In this document: positions 1 through 9,326 of the stretch, piece by piece
Position numbering within the stretch: the first letter of the stretch is position 1
How the letters are laid out: each line of letters begins with the position of its first letter
Origin: Candidatus Ozemobacteraceae bacterium
GTDB lineage: Bacteria > Muiribacteriota > Ozemobacteria > Ozemobacterales > Ozemobacteraceae
Length of the DNA stretch: 64,000 nucleotides
NCBI GenBank assembly: GCA_965140445.1
Contig: OZ223236.1
Coordinates: 960,001-1,024,000 of the forward strand
Reading direction: 5' to 3'
The notes under the pieces: model-generated
Databases searched by the model: none
What the model was told of the DNA's origin: nothing
The model's input: the letters and a program-made list of their open reading frames with translations, nothing else
Program-made: the position numbers and the translations under genes

Positions 1-702
1 GCTCCTACTTCGATTACAGTTTCAAAATCAACTCTTGGTTTGACTGTTGGTGGAACAAGCACTCTTACAGTTACTTTTACTCCTTCGTATACTACTAATC
101 AGAAAGTAACATGGACTTCAAGTGCACCAACTGTTGCTACAGTAACTAATGGACTTGTAACAGCTCTCACAGCTGGAACTGCTAATATCATAGTAACTTC
201 TGTTGCTGATACTACAAAAACAGCTACTTGTGTTGTGACTTCAACTGCAGCTGCAACAAGCACAAGCACTTCAACAAGCACTAGTACTTCAACAAGCACC
301 AGTACTTCAACAAGCACTAGCACTTCAACAAGCACCAGTACTTCAACTAGTACTAGCACTTCAACAAGCACTAGCACTTCAACAAGCACTGCCAAGACAG
401 CTATCACTTTTGACAAAAATGTTACTGGTTTGAATATTTCTGATCTTCAGATTCATATTACTGGTGTAGATGCTGCTTTCACAACTACTACTACAGTAAC
501 TGCTGGTTCTGCTAGAACTATTGAAAAATCAGCTTCATTGACAACCAGCAAAGGTCATCTTGTTCTTACTTTTAACGGCCTTGCTTTCGACACAATTTCT
601 GATTTCCAGGGACTTACTTTCACCACTGCTATTACAGGTGGCGCAGTAGTAACTATTCAGAAACCAGACGGAACTGTTCTTGCTACAAGCAACAACTTAT
701 AA
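1..702 (+). CDS. Surface protein, 5'-truncated: bacterial Ig-like (Big_2) domain, (Ser-Thr)n linker, C-terminal beta-rich domain
   Basis: Frame is open from base 1 (APTSITVSKSTLGLTVGG...). Big_2 signature 'TNQKVTWTSSAPTVATVTNGLVTALTAGTANIIVT'; 45-residue S/T linker; stop at 702. Confidence 0.8.
   Translation, partial: APTSITVSKSTLGLTVGGTSTLTVTFTPSYTTNQKVTWTSSAPTVATVTNGLVTALTAGTANIIVTSVADTTKTATCVVTSTAAATSTSTSTSTSTSTSTSTSTSTSTSTSTSTSTSTSTSTSTSTSTSTAKTAITFDKNVTGLNISDLQIHITGVDAAFTTTTTVTAGSARTIEKSASLTTSKGHLVLTFNGLAFDTISDFQGLTFTTAITGGAVVTIQKPDGTVLATSNNL
256..390 (+). repeat. Coding tandem repeat, 18-nt unit (tcaacaagcacyagyact) encoding alternating Ser-Thr
   Basis: About 6.5 near-identical 18-mers from 271, with synonymous variation; translation TSTSTST... 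Confidence 0.95.
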
Positions 703-711
703 TTGATTCTT

Positions 712-743
712 AAAGGCCGAACCCTTTGCGGTTCGGCCTTTTT
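712..743 (+). terminator. Rho-independent terminator
   Basis: aaaggccgaacc-loop-ggttcggccttt followed by a T run, just after the stop at 702. Confidence 0.8.
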
Positions 744-762
744 CCGACTTTTAGGAGGTATA

Positions 763-1212
763 ATGCGTAACTCTTTAAGAATGCTGGCAATTGTCGTTTT
801 GGCAATTTCCCTGACTTGCCCAGCTTTTGCTGTAAAGGTCGGAGATTTTGATGGTGACAGCTCAGTTGGTTTAAATGATATTGTGTATATGTTAGGTTGG
901 TATCAGACTGGAAAGTCTACGGACGCAACGGCTGTTGTTAATAGAGCTAAAGAGATCTTGTCTTCTGCTTCTGGTCCATTGACCAGACTCCCTGATAATA
1001 CTTCTGATGACCTTTCTGAGAGCGGTGTTGGTTTGGATGATATAGTTTTGATGCTTGCATGGTATCAAACTGGTAAATCTACAGACTCTTCTGCTGTAGA
1101 AAGTAGAGCGAAAGAAATTCTTTCCTCTGTTAATTATCTTTCAAAGTTTCCAGAAATGGATATAGGTTCCTCAACAGTCCCTATAACAATCACAGGAATC
1201 CAGACAAACTGA
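763..1212 (+). CDS. Secreted protein with a duplicated dockerin/EF-hand-like repeat
   Basis: RBS aggagg then ATG at 763 (the ORF-track start at 703 runs through a terminator). Signal peptide ends AFA. 'GDFDGDSSVGLNDIVYMLGWYQTGKSTD' is repeated as 'DDLSESGVGLDDIVLMLAWYQTGKSTD'. Confidence 0.7.
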   Translation: MRNSLRMLAIVVLAISLTCPAFAVKVGDFDGDSSVGLNDIVYMLGWYQTGKSTDATAVVNRAKEILSSASGPLTRLPDNTSDDLSESGVGLDDIVLMLAWYQTGKSTDSSAVESRAKEILSSVNYLSKFPEMDIGSSTVPITITGIQTN

Positions 1213-1237
1213 TTGAACTAGTTAAAATTGAACTTTC

Positions 1238-1268
1238 AAAAGAGAGTGGATATCCACTCTCTTTTTTT
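1238..1268 (+). terminator. Rho-independent terminator
   Basis: aaaagagagtggatatccactctcttttttt: perfect hairpin plus U tract. Confidence 0.85.
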
Positions 1269-1327
1269 ATTCCAAAATTCATAAAACTTTGTATTATTAA
1301 AGAAAAGATAGATTTAGGGAGCGCTAT

Positions 1328-3415
1328 ATGAAAAGGTTGGTTGCTGCTATTGGGTTATTAACATTAATTCTTACTGGTTGTTTTAATCAGTCATCTCAAA
1401 CGCTCTCTGTGAATGGGATTTCAGAAACTGAAGCGGTTACAAAAGTTAGTTTCCAAATCGAAAACGGCTCTTTCGGACTTGCAAATTTGCGAGCTCAAAC
1501 TACATCAACCCCAGAGGTCTGGCTTGAATTAAAGCTAATTAATCCTGGCAGTATATCTTCGCCTTACTCTCTTCTTAAAAAGAAGGCCACGGTTACCGAA
1601 ACTTCAGGAAAATATGCTGCTACGGTCCAGTTTACTGAAGTTCCTGCCAAGCCTTCGTTAGCTCGTCTTAGTGTTGTTGGTGGCTATCTTGTTGATTCAT
1701 CTAGTGGAAATCAGGTTAGCACATGGACTGGAGCGTTAGACCTGGTTGGTGGTATTTCAAATACAATTTCTTTGTATCCCGAAGGCGGAAAGAGTTTGTC
1801 AGATGTCACAGTAAATGTGGTAGAGGAGTTAATAAAAACAACCGCTAATGTTGCGACTTTTCCGTATGATCTGATTACCAGGGTTAATTCTTCAGTTGCT
1901 ACAGTGAATTTAAATTCTGTAACTGTTTATTCTGACGCTTTAAATGCATTTGTAGCCACAAATGGTCTAAGTTCTCAGCCATCAGATGCTGAATTTGATG
2001 CTCCAGCAGGATATACATCTGTAGCCTTTCCTAAGAGCGGTTCATCAGTTAGTTTAACCATACCGGATTTTAAATCTGGATCAATTGTATATCTAGCTTT
2101 TATTAATCGCACTTCTTCTTCGCTGGCCCCTTCATGGAGCGCATCTCTTGGGTCGCCAGCTTCTATTCGGGCCAATTTGAAAGCTAATACAAGTTTTGCA
2201 GACAATAGCCCTTTAAACAACAGTCAGAAATTGCATAAAATGATTCGAGATCTAGAAAAGCGCCTTCCGAGATTGGTTCAAAATGAGCCCTCAAGTCTAA
2301 AAGGCTCATTGAGAGCTGACGCTATTGGAACTGCAAAATCCTTTTATTACTTTGATGCCAATAATACAAATCTGACTTTAACGGCAAAGTGTGTCAAGGT
2401 TGTGTCTATAGCAGGTACTAATAAACTGGTTAATTTTTATCTTGATACTGATTTAAATGAATCAGATTCCAATGCTCAAACGATCTTAAATGGACTTGCG
2501 GACCGCTGGGCCAGCATCTATACAACGAATCGAAATATTTTTGGGGCAGAGCCTGAAGGAATCGTTAACAGCATTGATGCGACTAATTTTACTATTTTAA
2601 TAAGTAAAAAAATTGGATCGGCAGGGTATTTCTACACTGGCGATCTTTATACTGAAGCAACAGCAGTTTATAGTGGTTTCCATTCAAACGAACGTAAGAT
2701 GTTCTACTTGCAATATCCAGCAAGTATTTCTGATGTAAACAAAGATATTGAAGATATGGCAAGCACAATGGCTCATGAATTTCAGCACATGATCTACTTT
2801 AAGCAGAAGACTGGGTTGAATACCGCTGATTGGCTGAATGAAGCAATGGCTGGTTATGCTGAGTATGTGAATTATTTTAGAATCGAAAATCAAAAGAATC
2901 AATCTAAAGCTCTTCAAGTAAATCGATTTTTTGCTAACCTTGGATCAACAAATTTAACCAATTGGCAAGGCTCTCACGAAAATTATGGAGAAGTTTACTT
3001 ATTTGGTGTCTGGCTTGGTCAAAACTATGGTTCTTCCGGAGTTGTTCAAAATCTGCTTTCATCAAGCTTGACTGGAACTGCTGCTGTTGCTGCTTTTACA
3101 GGTGGCACTTTTGATGCAGCTTTTTCAAAATTCATGCTTGCCTTGCAGCTTAATAACTCAAATGGTGGAGTCTATGGCATTCAAGGGCTGGATTTAACTG
3201 GAACCTATTCTTTTGGCACAGGATGGGCCCCTGTGACTCTTACTGGAGTAAAAACTTCTAACTATTCTACCTGGCTGGGAAGTAATAGCGGTACTATCGT
3301 TGTCGGTGGTTATTCAGCCGGATACGTAAAATTGAGCGGTGGAAATGGTGGAACGCTAACCATTAACGCCAATTTACCAACGGGAGTTTCTCTATACCAA
3401 CTTAAATACTATTAA
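1328..3415 (+). CDS. Lipoprotein with a C-terminal zinc metallopeptidase domain (M30/hyicolysin-like)
   Basis: Lipobox LTGC; 'AGYF', 'TMAHEFQHMI' (HExxH) and downstream 'WLNEAMA' third ligand. Confidence 0.8.
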   Translation: MKRLVAAIGLLTLILTGCFNQSSQTLSVNGISETEAVTKVSFQIENGSFGLANLRAQTTSTPEVWLELKLINPGSISSPYSLLKKKATVTETSGKYAATVQFTEVPAKPSLARLSVVGGYLVDSSSGNQVSTWTGALDLVGGISNTISLYPEGGKSLSDVTVNVVEELIKTTANVATFPYDLITRVNSSVATVNLNSVTVYSDALNAFVATNGLSSQPSDAEFDAPAGYTSVAFPKSGSSVSLTIPDFKSGSIVYLAFINRTSSSLAPSWSASLGSPASIRANLKANTSFADNSPLNNSQKLHKMIRDLEKRLPRLVQNEPSSLKGSLRADAIGTAKSFYYFDANNTNLTLTAKCVKVVSIAGTNKLVNFYLDTDLNESDSNAQTILNGLADRWASIYTTNRNIFGAEPEGIVNSIDATNFTILISKKIGSAGYFYTGDLYTEATAVYSGFHSNERKMFYLQYPASISDVNKDIEDMASTMAHEFQHMIYFKQKTGLNTADWLNEAMAGYAEYVNYFRIENQKNQSKALQVNRFFANLGSTNLTNWQGSHENYGEVYLFGVWLGQNYGSSGVVQNLLSSSLTGTAAVAAFTGGTFDAAFSKFMLALQLNNSNGGVYGIQGLDLTGTYSFGTGWAPVTLTGVKTSNYSTWLGSNSGTIVVGGYSAGYVKLSGGNGGTLTINANLPTGVSLYQLKYY

Positions 3416-3537
3416 AATAAATTGGCTTTGAAATTTGTGTCGGTAGTATTTATTTACTTTTATTAGTGCTATTATTTTTTTAGAATTGTACGCCTTCAAA
3501 CTTTTTGGCTTGGAATCTGACTTGTCGGAGAGATTAA

Positions 3538-5223
3538 ATGAGATTGGTTTTTGGGGTCTTTTTGGCGGTAATTATTCTTTGTTCTGGCTGTTTTAATTTA
3601 TCTCAGCCACTTTCTAGTTTTAGCGACAGCAAAAATATAGCTGTTAATCAAGATCGCGGTGCAAATGTTAGCTTTAACTTTGTTTTGCCTCCAAATATTT
3701 CTTCTGCTTTAAAACCTGCTACCACCTCTTCAAGCCCGCGAGCTGAAATCAGTCTTGCATTATTAAATTACGGGAATTTGACTACTCCTTTCACAATTAT
3801 TCGCAAAATCAGCGACATATCAACTTCAGGTGAAGCCGGATTTGTGTTTGAGAATGTTCCTTTGGGAACAGCTATAGCTACTTTCAAATTGGTTGGTGCA
3901 ACTAAAGATGGATTCGCTGAGTTTTCAGGCTGTGCTGATCTTGTTCCAGGCTCCAATACGATTGATTTGAACGCTAGCGGGACCAAAATGATTGAAGAGG
4001 TTTCGGCCCAAGCAATAGGGCTTCTTGCTGTTGATAGTGTTGTGGCTTCAAAGATGCCTGCAAATATGGCGGGAAAGATGAAAGCGATTATTTTGAGCTC
4101 AAATCAAACTATTGCAAGCGATGCGTATCAAGTCAGCGCTTCGTTAAAAACTCAAATTCAGCAGACCAAGATAGTTAAAGCCGTAGGTGGAGATGTTCAC
4201 GGGGTTGCACTAAGGTCAGATGGAACCCTGTTTAGTTGGGGGCAAAATCTTTCGGGACAGTTGGGAATCTATGGCCTAAGTGAGCAGCAAAGACCTGTTC
4301 CATTAAAGAGTTTGTATGATTGCACTGACATAAGCGCAGGAACTGACTATTGTCTTGCTGTAAACAGTTCAGGGAAAGTTTACGGCTGGGGAAATAACGA
4401 AAACGGCAGGGTTTCAGGTTCAGCTGAAAGTATGTTTGTTTTTCCCACAGAAATCTCTGGATTATCAAATATAGCGACTATTTCAGCTGGTTATACCCAT
4501 AATCTTGCCATCGACTCGTCCGGGCAGGTTTGGGCCTGGGGAAAAAACGATAAAGGCCAGTTGGGCCGAGCGACGCAAACGGAAAAAGAAACTCCAGGCA
4601 TGATTTCTGGAATGAATTCTGTTAAAGCGGTTTGTGTTGGAGAAGGTTTTAGTCTTGCTGTTAAAACTGACGGAACCGTTTGGGGCTGGGGAGATAATAA
4701 TTATTTTCAGCTTGGAACCTCAACAGGATTAATATATTCAACGCCAGTTAAAATCGAAGGCCTGGCAAATGTTCGTGAAGTTGTTTGTGGGTCTGGCCAT
4801 AGTATCGCATTGCTTGGGGATGGAAGCCTGTATAGCTGGGGGCAAAATGCTTTTGGTCAGACGGGTCTTGGGCTCGGAGATCCATTTGTAGTGGTGCCGC
4901 AAAAGATTTCGCAACTATCTGATATATCTAAGGTTTCAGCTGGGCAATTCCATTGTTTAGCGGTCAAAACTGATGGAACTGTTTATTCCTGGGGTAGAAA
5001 TAACAGCTTGCAGTTAGGGGTTGCCAGCATTGAGCAATTAACTATTCCTCAGCAGATCGCCGGGGTTGTATCGGTTGTGGATGCCTATTCTGGAGCAGAA
5101 TTTAGTTTTCTTAAATTCCAGGATTCCACTTTTAAATCCTTTGGAAACAATGATGGCTATCAATTGGGCGTTGGCGTTAATGGCGATCTCTCAACTCCCC
5201 GTGAAATGACGTTTACCTGGTAG
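3538..5223 (+). CDS. Lipoprotein with an RCC1/BLIP-II repeat beta-propeller
   Basis: Lipobox CSGC; seven repeats of the type 'AG..H.LA..SDGTV.SWG.N..GQLG'. Confidence 0.9.
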   Translation: MRLVFGVFLAVIILCSGCFNLSQPLSSFSDSKNIAVNQDRGANVSFNFVLPPNISSALKPATTSSSPRAEISLALLNYGNLTTPFTIIRKISDISTSGEAGFVFENVPLGTAIATFKLVGATKDGFAEFSGCADLVPGSNTIDLNASGTKMIEEVSAQAIGLLAVDSVVASKMPANMAGKMKAIILSSNQTIASDAYQVSASLKTQIQQTKIVKAVGGDVHGVALRSDGTLFSWGQNLSGQLGIYGLSEQQRPVPLKSLYDCTDISAGTDYCLAVNSSGKVYGWGNNENGRVSGSAESMFVFPTEISGLSNIATISAGYTHNLAIDSSGQVWAWGKNDKGQLGRATQTEKETPGMISGMNSVKAVCVGEGFSLAVKTDGTVWGWGDNNYFQLGTSTGLIYSTPVKIEGLANVREVVCGSGHSIALLGDGSLYSWGQNAFGQTGLGLGDPFVVVPQKISQLSDISKVSAGQFHCLAVKTDGTVYSWGRNNSLQLGVASIEQLTIPQQIAGVVSVVDAYSGAEFSFLKFQDSTFKSFGNNDGYQLGVGVNGDLSTPREMTFTW

Positions 5224-5329
5224 AATCGGCCGATTGGTAATTTTCAAACAATACTGAATGGGCTGTTTGAATAAATTCTTGCAAACTGTTATTATTCAAA
5301 CCTGAAAAATAACAGGGGTGTGGGAGTTT

Positions 5330-7063
5330 ATGGGCAAAGGTTTCAAGTTTCCGTGGGTTGTACTCTTAACAGTAATTTCCATCTTTGCAGCGCTTTATAT
5401 TGGGTTTAAAGGCCTTGAAGTGAGTGCCATGGAAATCTGGTACAGGCGGCTGACATTTTACTTTTTGCTTCTCGCTACAGGTCTTTGGTTTCAAAAGATT
5501 TTGCCAGAGAAGATTTCCATAGAGAAACTCAAAGCACAATTAAAAAGGCATTTGCCTGCACTTTTGATTGCGCTGGTTATTGTTAGTGCAGGGACAATGG
5601 CTTGCACACCTGATTACAGAATTCTTGCCGATGAGATAAATCTTCTTGGCATGTCCATGGGCATGTACGATGAGCATCAAACTTATAATCCTATCCAGGT
5701 TTTATATTATTTCCACGGCATGAAGCGAACAATAGAACGCCAGATAGACATGCGGCCTGGTTTTTTCCCATTCCTTGTTTCGCTTGTTCATTCTGCTTCT
5801 GGATATAGGCCCTCAAATGGTTTTGTGGTTAATTTTTTTGCCGCATTTTTGATTTTGATTGTTTCATACTTATTGGTAAACCGTTGGTTTGGACGATTCT
5901 GGGGAATTTCCATGATGCTTTTCATCGCGGCCTTTCCTTTGTTTATCCTTTATTACAATTCCTGTGGTTTTGAAACGGTGAATCTGCTTTTTATTCTGCT
6001 TTGCGTTTTGTTGTTGGATACCTACTTCAGAAACCCCGATGCGTCAAATGCGGAAAAAGTATTTCTTATTTTGCCTTTACTTGCTCAGACCCGTTATGAA
6101 TCTGCTTTGAGCGTATTTGCGGTTATACCACTGGTTTTGTTTAAATTGCCACTTAAAGAGTTTTACAATTTTTCATTTCGACTGGTGCTCATTCCTTTGT
6201 TGTTTATTCCCGCAGCCTGGTTGCGAATAGTAACTTTTAGCAGCAGGGCATTTCAGGTCGATTCTGTAGAAAAGGCTTTTGGGTTTGATCTTTTTGTGAA
6301 AAATTTAAAGAAAGCCATTCCTTTCTTTTTTGGCAAAGCACGCGAGTATGGAATGGTAACCATTTTTGCTTATCTTGCATTGGCTGGTTTATGTTGGTTG
6401 CTTTGGGATATATTCAGTCGCCGAGATGGAGGCGAAAACCGCCCTTACGCGCTTGGAGCGTCCATTCTGGGCTTAACTCTTTTGCATGCATTTGCTCGTT
6501 TCTATTATTTCTGGGGAAATATGACGCTTCAGTATACTTCCAGGCTTGGGCTGGTGTTTGTACCTCTTTTGGCTTTTTTAGCCCTGTATTTTTTGAGGAA
6601 AATTGTCCGCGCTGGTTTGGTTGCTAAAAATTGGATTCCAGTTGCTGCGATACTTCTTGCTTTGCATGGATGGCCTGTGGCAGGGCAGAATCTTGCAGTG
6701 AGAGATATTTTCTTTTTTAGAGAATTTAAATCTGTAAGTGAATTTCTTGAAAGGAATTATCCAGATAAAAAAAACTACATATTAGTAACGGACCTCTCCA
6801 ACCTCTATGTACCGTTTAGATATAGTTCAGTGAATTGCCACTTTATAAATACCAACAAAGAAGACTTTTTGGGGCAGCTTAGAAGAAAAACTTATGAGAA
6901 AGCTATTATTGTCCAAAAGTTTCGGCTAACTGATGATAATGCTACTTTGAACAACAGCATTGATGAATCTTTTAAAATGAAAAAGGTATATGAAACTCAG
7001 ATGCATTCAGGAGAATATTTAAGGATCTCCGAATTACGCATTGAAGATCAGCCTGAAAAGTAG
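5330..7063 (+). CDS. Polytopic membrane protein, GT-C fold (PMT/GT39-like glycosyltransferase)
   Basis: More than 10 hydrophobic segments; loop 'ADE' acidic motif after early TMs; 'RPGFFPFLVS', 'QTRYE'. Start at 5330 follows ggag. Confidence 0.55.
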   Translation: MGKGFKFPWVVLLTVISIFAALYIGFKGLEVSAMEIWYRRLTFYFLLLATGLWFQKILPEKISIEKLKAQLKRHLPALLIALVIVSAGTMACTPDYRILADEINLLGMSMGMYDEHQTYNPIQVLYYFHGMKRTIERQIDMRPGFFPFLVSLVHSASGYRPSNGFVVNFFAAFLILIVSYLLVNRWFGRFWGISMMLFIAAFPLFILYYNSCGFETVNLLFILLCVLLLDTYFRNPDASNAEKVFLILPLLAQTRYESALSVFAVIPLVLFKLPLKEFYNFSFRLVLIPLLFIPAAWLRIVTFSSRAFQVDSVEKAFGFDLFVKNLKKAIPFFFGKAREYGMVTIFAYLALAGLCWLLWDIFSRRDGGENRPYALGASILGLTLLHAFARFYYFWGNMTLQYTSRLGLVFVPLLAFLALYFLRKIVRAGLVAKNWIPVAAILLALHGWPVAGQNLAVRDIFFFREFKSVSEFLERNYPDKKNYILVTDLSNLYVPFRYSSVNCHFINTNKEDFLGQLRRKTYEKAIIVQKFRLTDDNATLNNSIDESFKMKKVYETQMHSGEYLRISELRIEDQPEK

Positions 7064-7172
7064 AATTAAAAACGAAAGTAGATTGTGGCAGGCAAGTGGC
7101 TGTTTGATCTGGTAGCAAATTAAAACCGTTTCCAGTGCTTGTTTGTCAGCTAAATGTTTTATAACTTCATTG

Positions 7173-7201
7173 TTGATTAAATTTCCTCTCTGTGCTATCC
7201 T
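7173..7201 (+). promoter_or_regulatory. Sigma70-type promoter of the rpsF operon
   Basis: TTGATT-17 nt-TATCCT with an extended TG. Confidence 0.6.
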
Positions 7202-7209
7202 ACGGGGTA

Positions 7210-7263
7210 CGTCCCTGCTCTGCCCCTTAAAGTGGGCCGGGCCAAATTTATCCGAAGGGAGGT
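7210..7263 (+). ncRNA. S6:S18 ribosomal protein leader (cis-regulatory RNA)
   Basis: GC-rich hairpin (tccct/aggga, gctc/gggc, gccc/gggc) with an unpaired CCG next to the SD, directly upstream of rpsF. Confidence 0.75.
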
Positions 7264-7271
7264 TTTCAATA

Positions 7272-7559
7272 GTGAAACCTTATGAAACTTTGTTCTTTAC
7301 TGAACCCGATCTCGAGGATGCAGTATTTGAAGGCTTAATTACCAAGGTAGAAGCAGCTATCACCAAAAATGGTGGACAGATCGAAAAAATCGATCGTTGG
7401 GGCAAGCGCCCATTAGCATACGAAGTTGACAAGTTCAGAGAAGGCAATTATGTGCTTGTAAACTTTAAGGCTTCTGGAACAGATTTGAAAGAACTCGAAA
7501 GAACTTTCTTGATCAACCAGAACATCCTTCGCTTCATGACAACTAGTCGTCCCGCTTAA
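7272..7559 (+). CDS. rpsF: 30S ribosomal protein S6
   Basis: GTG start after ggagg; MKPYET...WGKRPLAYEV..REGNY. Confidence 0.97.
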   Translation: MKPYETLFFTEPDLEDAVFEGLITKVEAAITKNGGQIEKIDRWGKRPLAYEVDKFREGNYVLVNFKASGTDLKELERTFLINQNILRFMTTSRPA

Positions 7560-7573
7560 GAGGGATTAGTTAA

Positions 7574-7993
7574 ATGGCAGGATCTCTTAACAAAGTATTC
7601 CTCGTAGGTAATCTTACCCGCGACCCGGAACTGCGCTTTACCGCTCAGGGAACAGCTGTTGCTAATTTTAGCATAGCAGTTAACCGAAGCTATAAAGCTA
7701 ATGATGGCGAATATAAAAAAGAAGTTAGCTTCTTTAATATCGTTGTCTGGGGAAAAACAGGGGAAAACTGTTCCAAATTTCTATCGAAAGGTAGATCTGT
7801 GCTTGTTGAAGGCAGACTTCAGAATAGAAGTTATGAAACTCAAGAAGGACAGAAAAGAACTATCACTGAAATCGTTGCTGATAACGTCCAGTTCCTTGGT
7901 GGAAAAGGCGATGCCAGCGAGGGTGGAGTAAGTGATTATGGCGCAGTTGATTCTTATGAAGGCGACAAAGACGACGATCAGGTTCCATTCTAG
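7574..7993 (+). CDS. ssb: Single-stranded DNA-binding protein
   Basis: LNKVFLVGNLTRDPELR; acidic tail ending DDQVPF. Confidence 0.98.
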   Translation: MAGSLNKVFLVGNLTRDPELRFTAQGTAVANFSIAVNRSYKANDGEYKKEVSFFNIVVWGKTGENCSKFLSKGRSVLVEGRLQNRSYETQEGQKRTITEIVADNVQFLGGKGDASEGGVSDYGAVDSYEGDKDDDQVPF

Positions 7994-8030
7994 ACCTGGT
8001 CAATTATGACGAAATATTTCGGAGGAAAAA

Positions 8031-8258
8031 ATGGCTGAATTTAAAAGACATAGACATAGAAAAGTATGTCATTTCTGTAAAGATAAAGTTGAATTTATTG
8101 ATTATAAAGATGTTTCTCGCTTGAGAAGATACATCAACGATCGCGGCAAGATCATCAGCAGAAGATCTACTGGCACTTGCTGTGCTCATCAGAAGAACCT
8201 TACAACTGCAATCAAAAGAGCTAGAAACGTAGCATTGCTTCCGTTCACAAGCCTCTAA
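8031..8258 (+). CDS. rpsR: 30S ribosomal protein S18 (zinc-binding C+ form)
   Basis: KVCHFC...IDYKD...AIKRAR..ALLPF. Confidence 0.98.
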   Translation: MAEFKRHRHRKVCHFCKDKVEFIDYKDVSRLRRYINDRGKIISRRSTGTCCAHQKNLTTAIKRARNVALLPFTSL

Positions 8259-8297
8259 AATTGAAGTAACTAATTCATCGAAAGAAGAAAAAGCTGA

Positions 8298-9299
8298 ATG
8301 ATTAAGACTGTTGGGCAGAGAACAATTGGTCTCTTATTCATGATCTTATTGACCATGAATGGACTTTTTGCTGTCAGTCAATTGTCTTTAGCTGGAGCCG
8401 TGGTTCTTTCCGTGGCAAGTTTACCTGCCTTTCTGGTTATTCTTGCGTGGGGAGGAGTTTGGTTCGCGCTTTACGGAGCTATTACAATGCTTCTAACTGG
8501 CGTTCTTGGCAGCTCAGCATTGGCTTTTCTTCTTATTCCGATGGTTATAGTTCCGGTAAGTGCTCTTTTTTCGGCCTTAAAGATGGGTTTCTCACCAATG
8601 AGATCCATAGCAATAACACTTTTGATTTCCACTGTTGTGTCAGTAGGTATCTGGAGTGTTGGAGTTGGCCTGGGACAAGAGTGGGCTGGTTTGAAACCAT
8701 TTCGCCAGTTTTTTACCGATGGGTATGTATGGTTTGAACAGCAGATAGATATGGTTCAGGAAAAGAAGCTTGAGACTGTTGAAAACATTGATATTGCCAG
8801 AAAGAACCTAAAATTCATTTTGGAACATACAATGCTTTTGATTCCAATAACCTTAATCTTCTTATGGCACCTTGTGTCTACTGGGCTTATTTACTATGGC
8901 GCGCAAAAATTTACTTTTCACGGATGTAAAATCGAATCGCTTCCACCTTTTGCAAGTTGGAGATTTGATTGGCAACTTGTCTGGCTGTTTATAGCCGGGT
9001 TTGTTCTTTACTATGGCCTTGGTGGGATTGAAACACTTCCTTTCAAAGATGTAGTGAAGATGGTGGGAGCAAATTGTCTGGCAATCAGTAAGATTCTTTA
9101 TTTTATTGCCGGAGCTTCATTGCTGTTCTTTATGTTTGATAAATATAAGATAGGTTCACTTTCAAGAGTGGGTCTGTCATGCCTCGCGCTGGTATTAACT
9201 CAGGCGGTTGTTTGGTTCGGCATCATTGATGTCTGGGCTGATTTCAGAACCCCAAGACCAGCGCTGTTCTCCACGGATGATTCCGAGGATGATTTCTAG
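8298..9299 (+). CDS. DUF2232/YybS family membrane protein
   Basis: Polytopic; lies between rpsR and rplI; C-terminal 'GIIDVWADFR' motif. Confidence 0.8.
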   Translation: MIKTVGQRTIGLLFMILLTMNGLFAVSQLSLAGAVVLSVASLPAFLVILAWGGVWFALYGAITMLLTGVLGSSALAFLLIPMVIVPVSALFSALKMGFSPMRSIAITLLISTVVSVGIWSVGVGLGQEWAGLKPFRQFFTDGYVWFEQQIDMVQEKKLETVENIDIARKNLKFILEHTMLLIPITLIFLWHLVSTGLIYYGAQKFTFHGCKIESLPPFASWRFDWQLVWLFIAGFVLYYGLGGIETLPFKDVVKMVGANCLAISKILYFIAGASLLFFMFDKYKIGSLSRVGLSCLALVLTQAVVWFGIIDVWADFRTPRPALFSTDDSEDDF

Positions 9300-9326
9300 A
9301 CCCTTGAAATTTGCTAGGAGGAAGTA

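Noticed and set aside
256..390. Possible CRISPR array
   Set aside because: Contiguous 18-nt coding units with no spacers and no cas genes.
99..416. Minus-strand ORF with VLVEVL repeats
   Set aside because: Antisense shadow of the Ser-Thr repeat.
7143..7271. N-terminal extension of S6 in the ORF track
   Set aside because: It spans the promoter and leader RNA; the GTG at 7272 has an SD.
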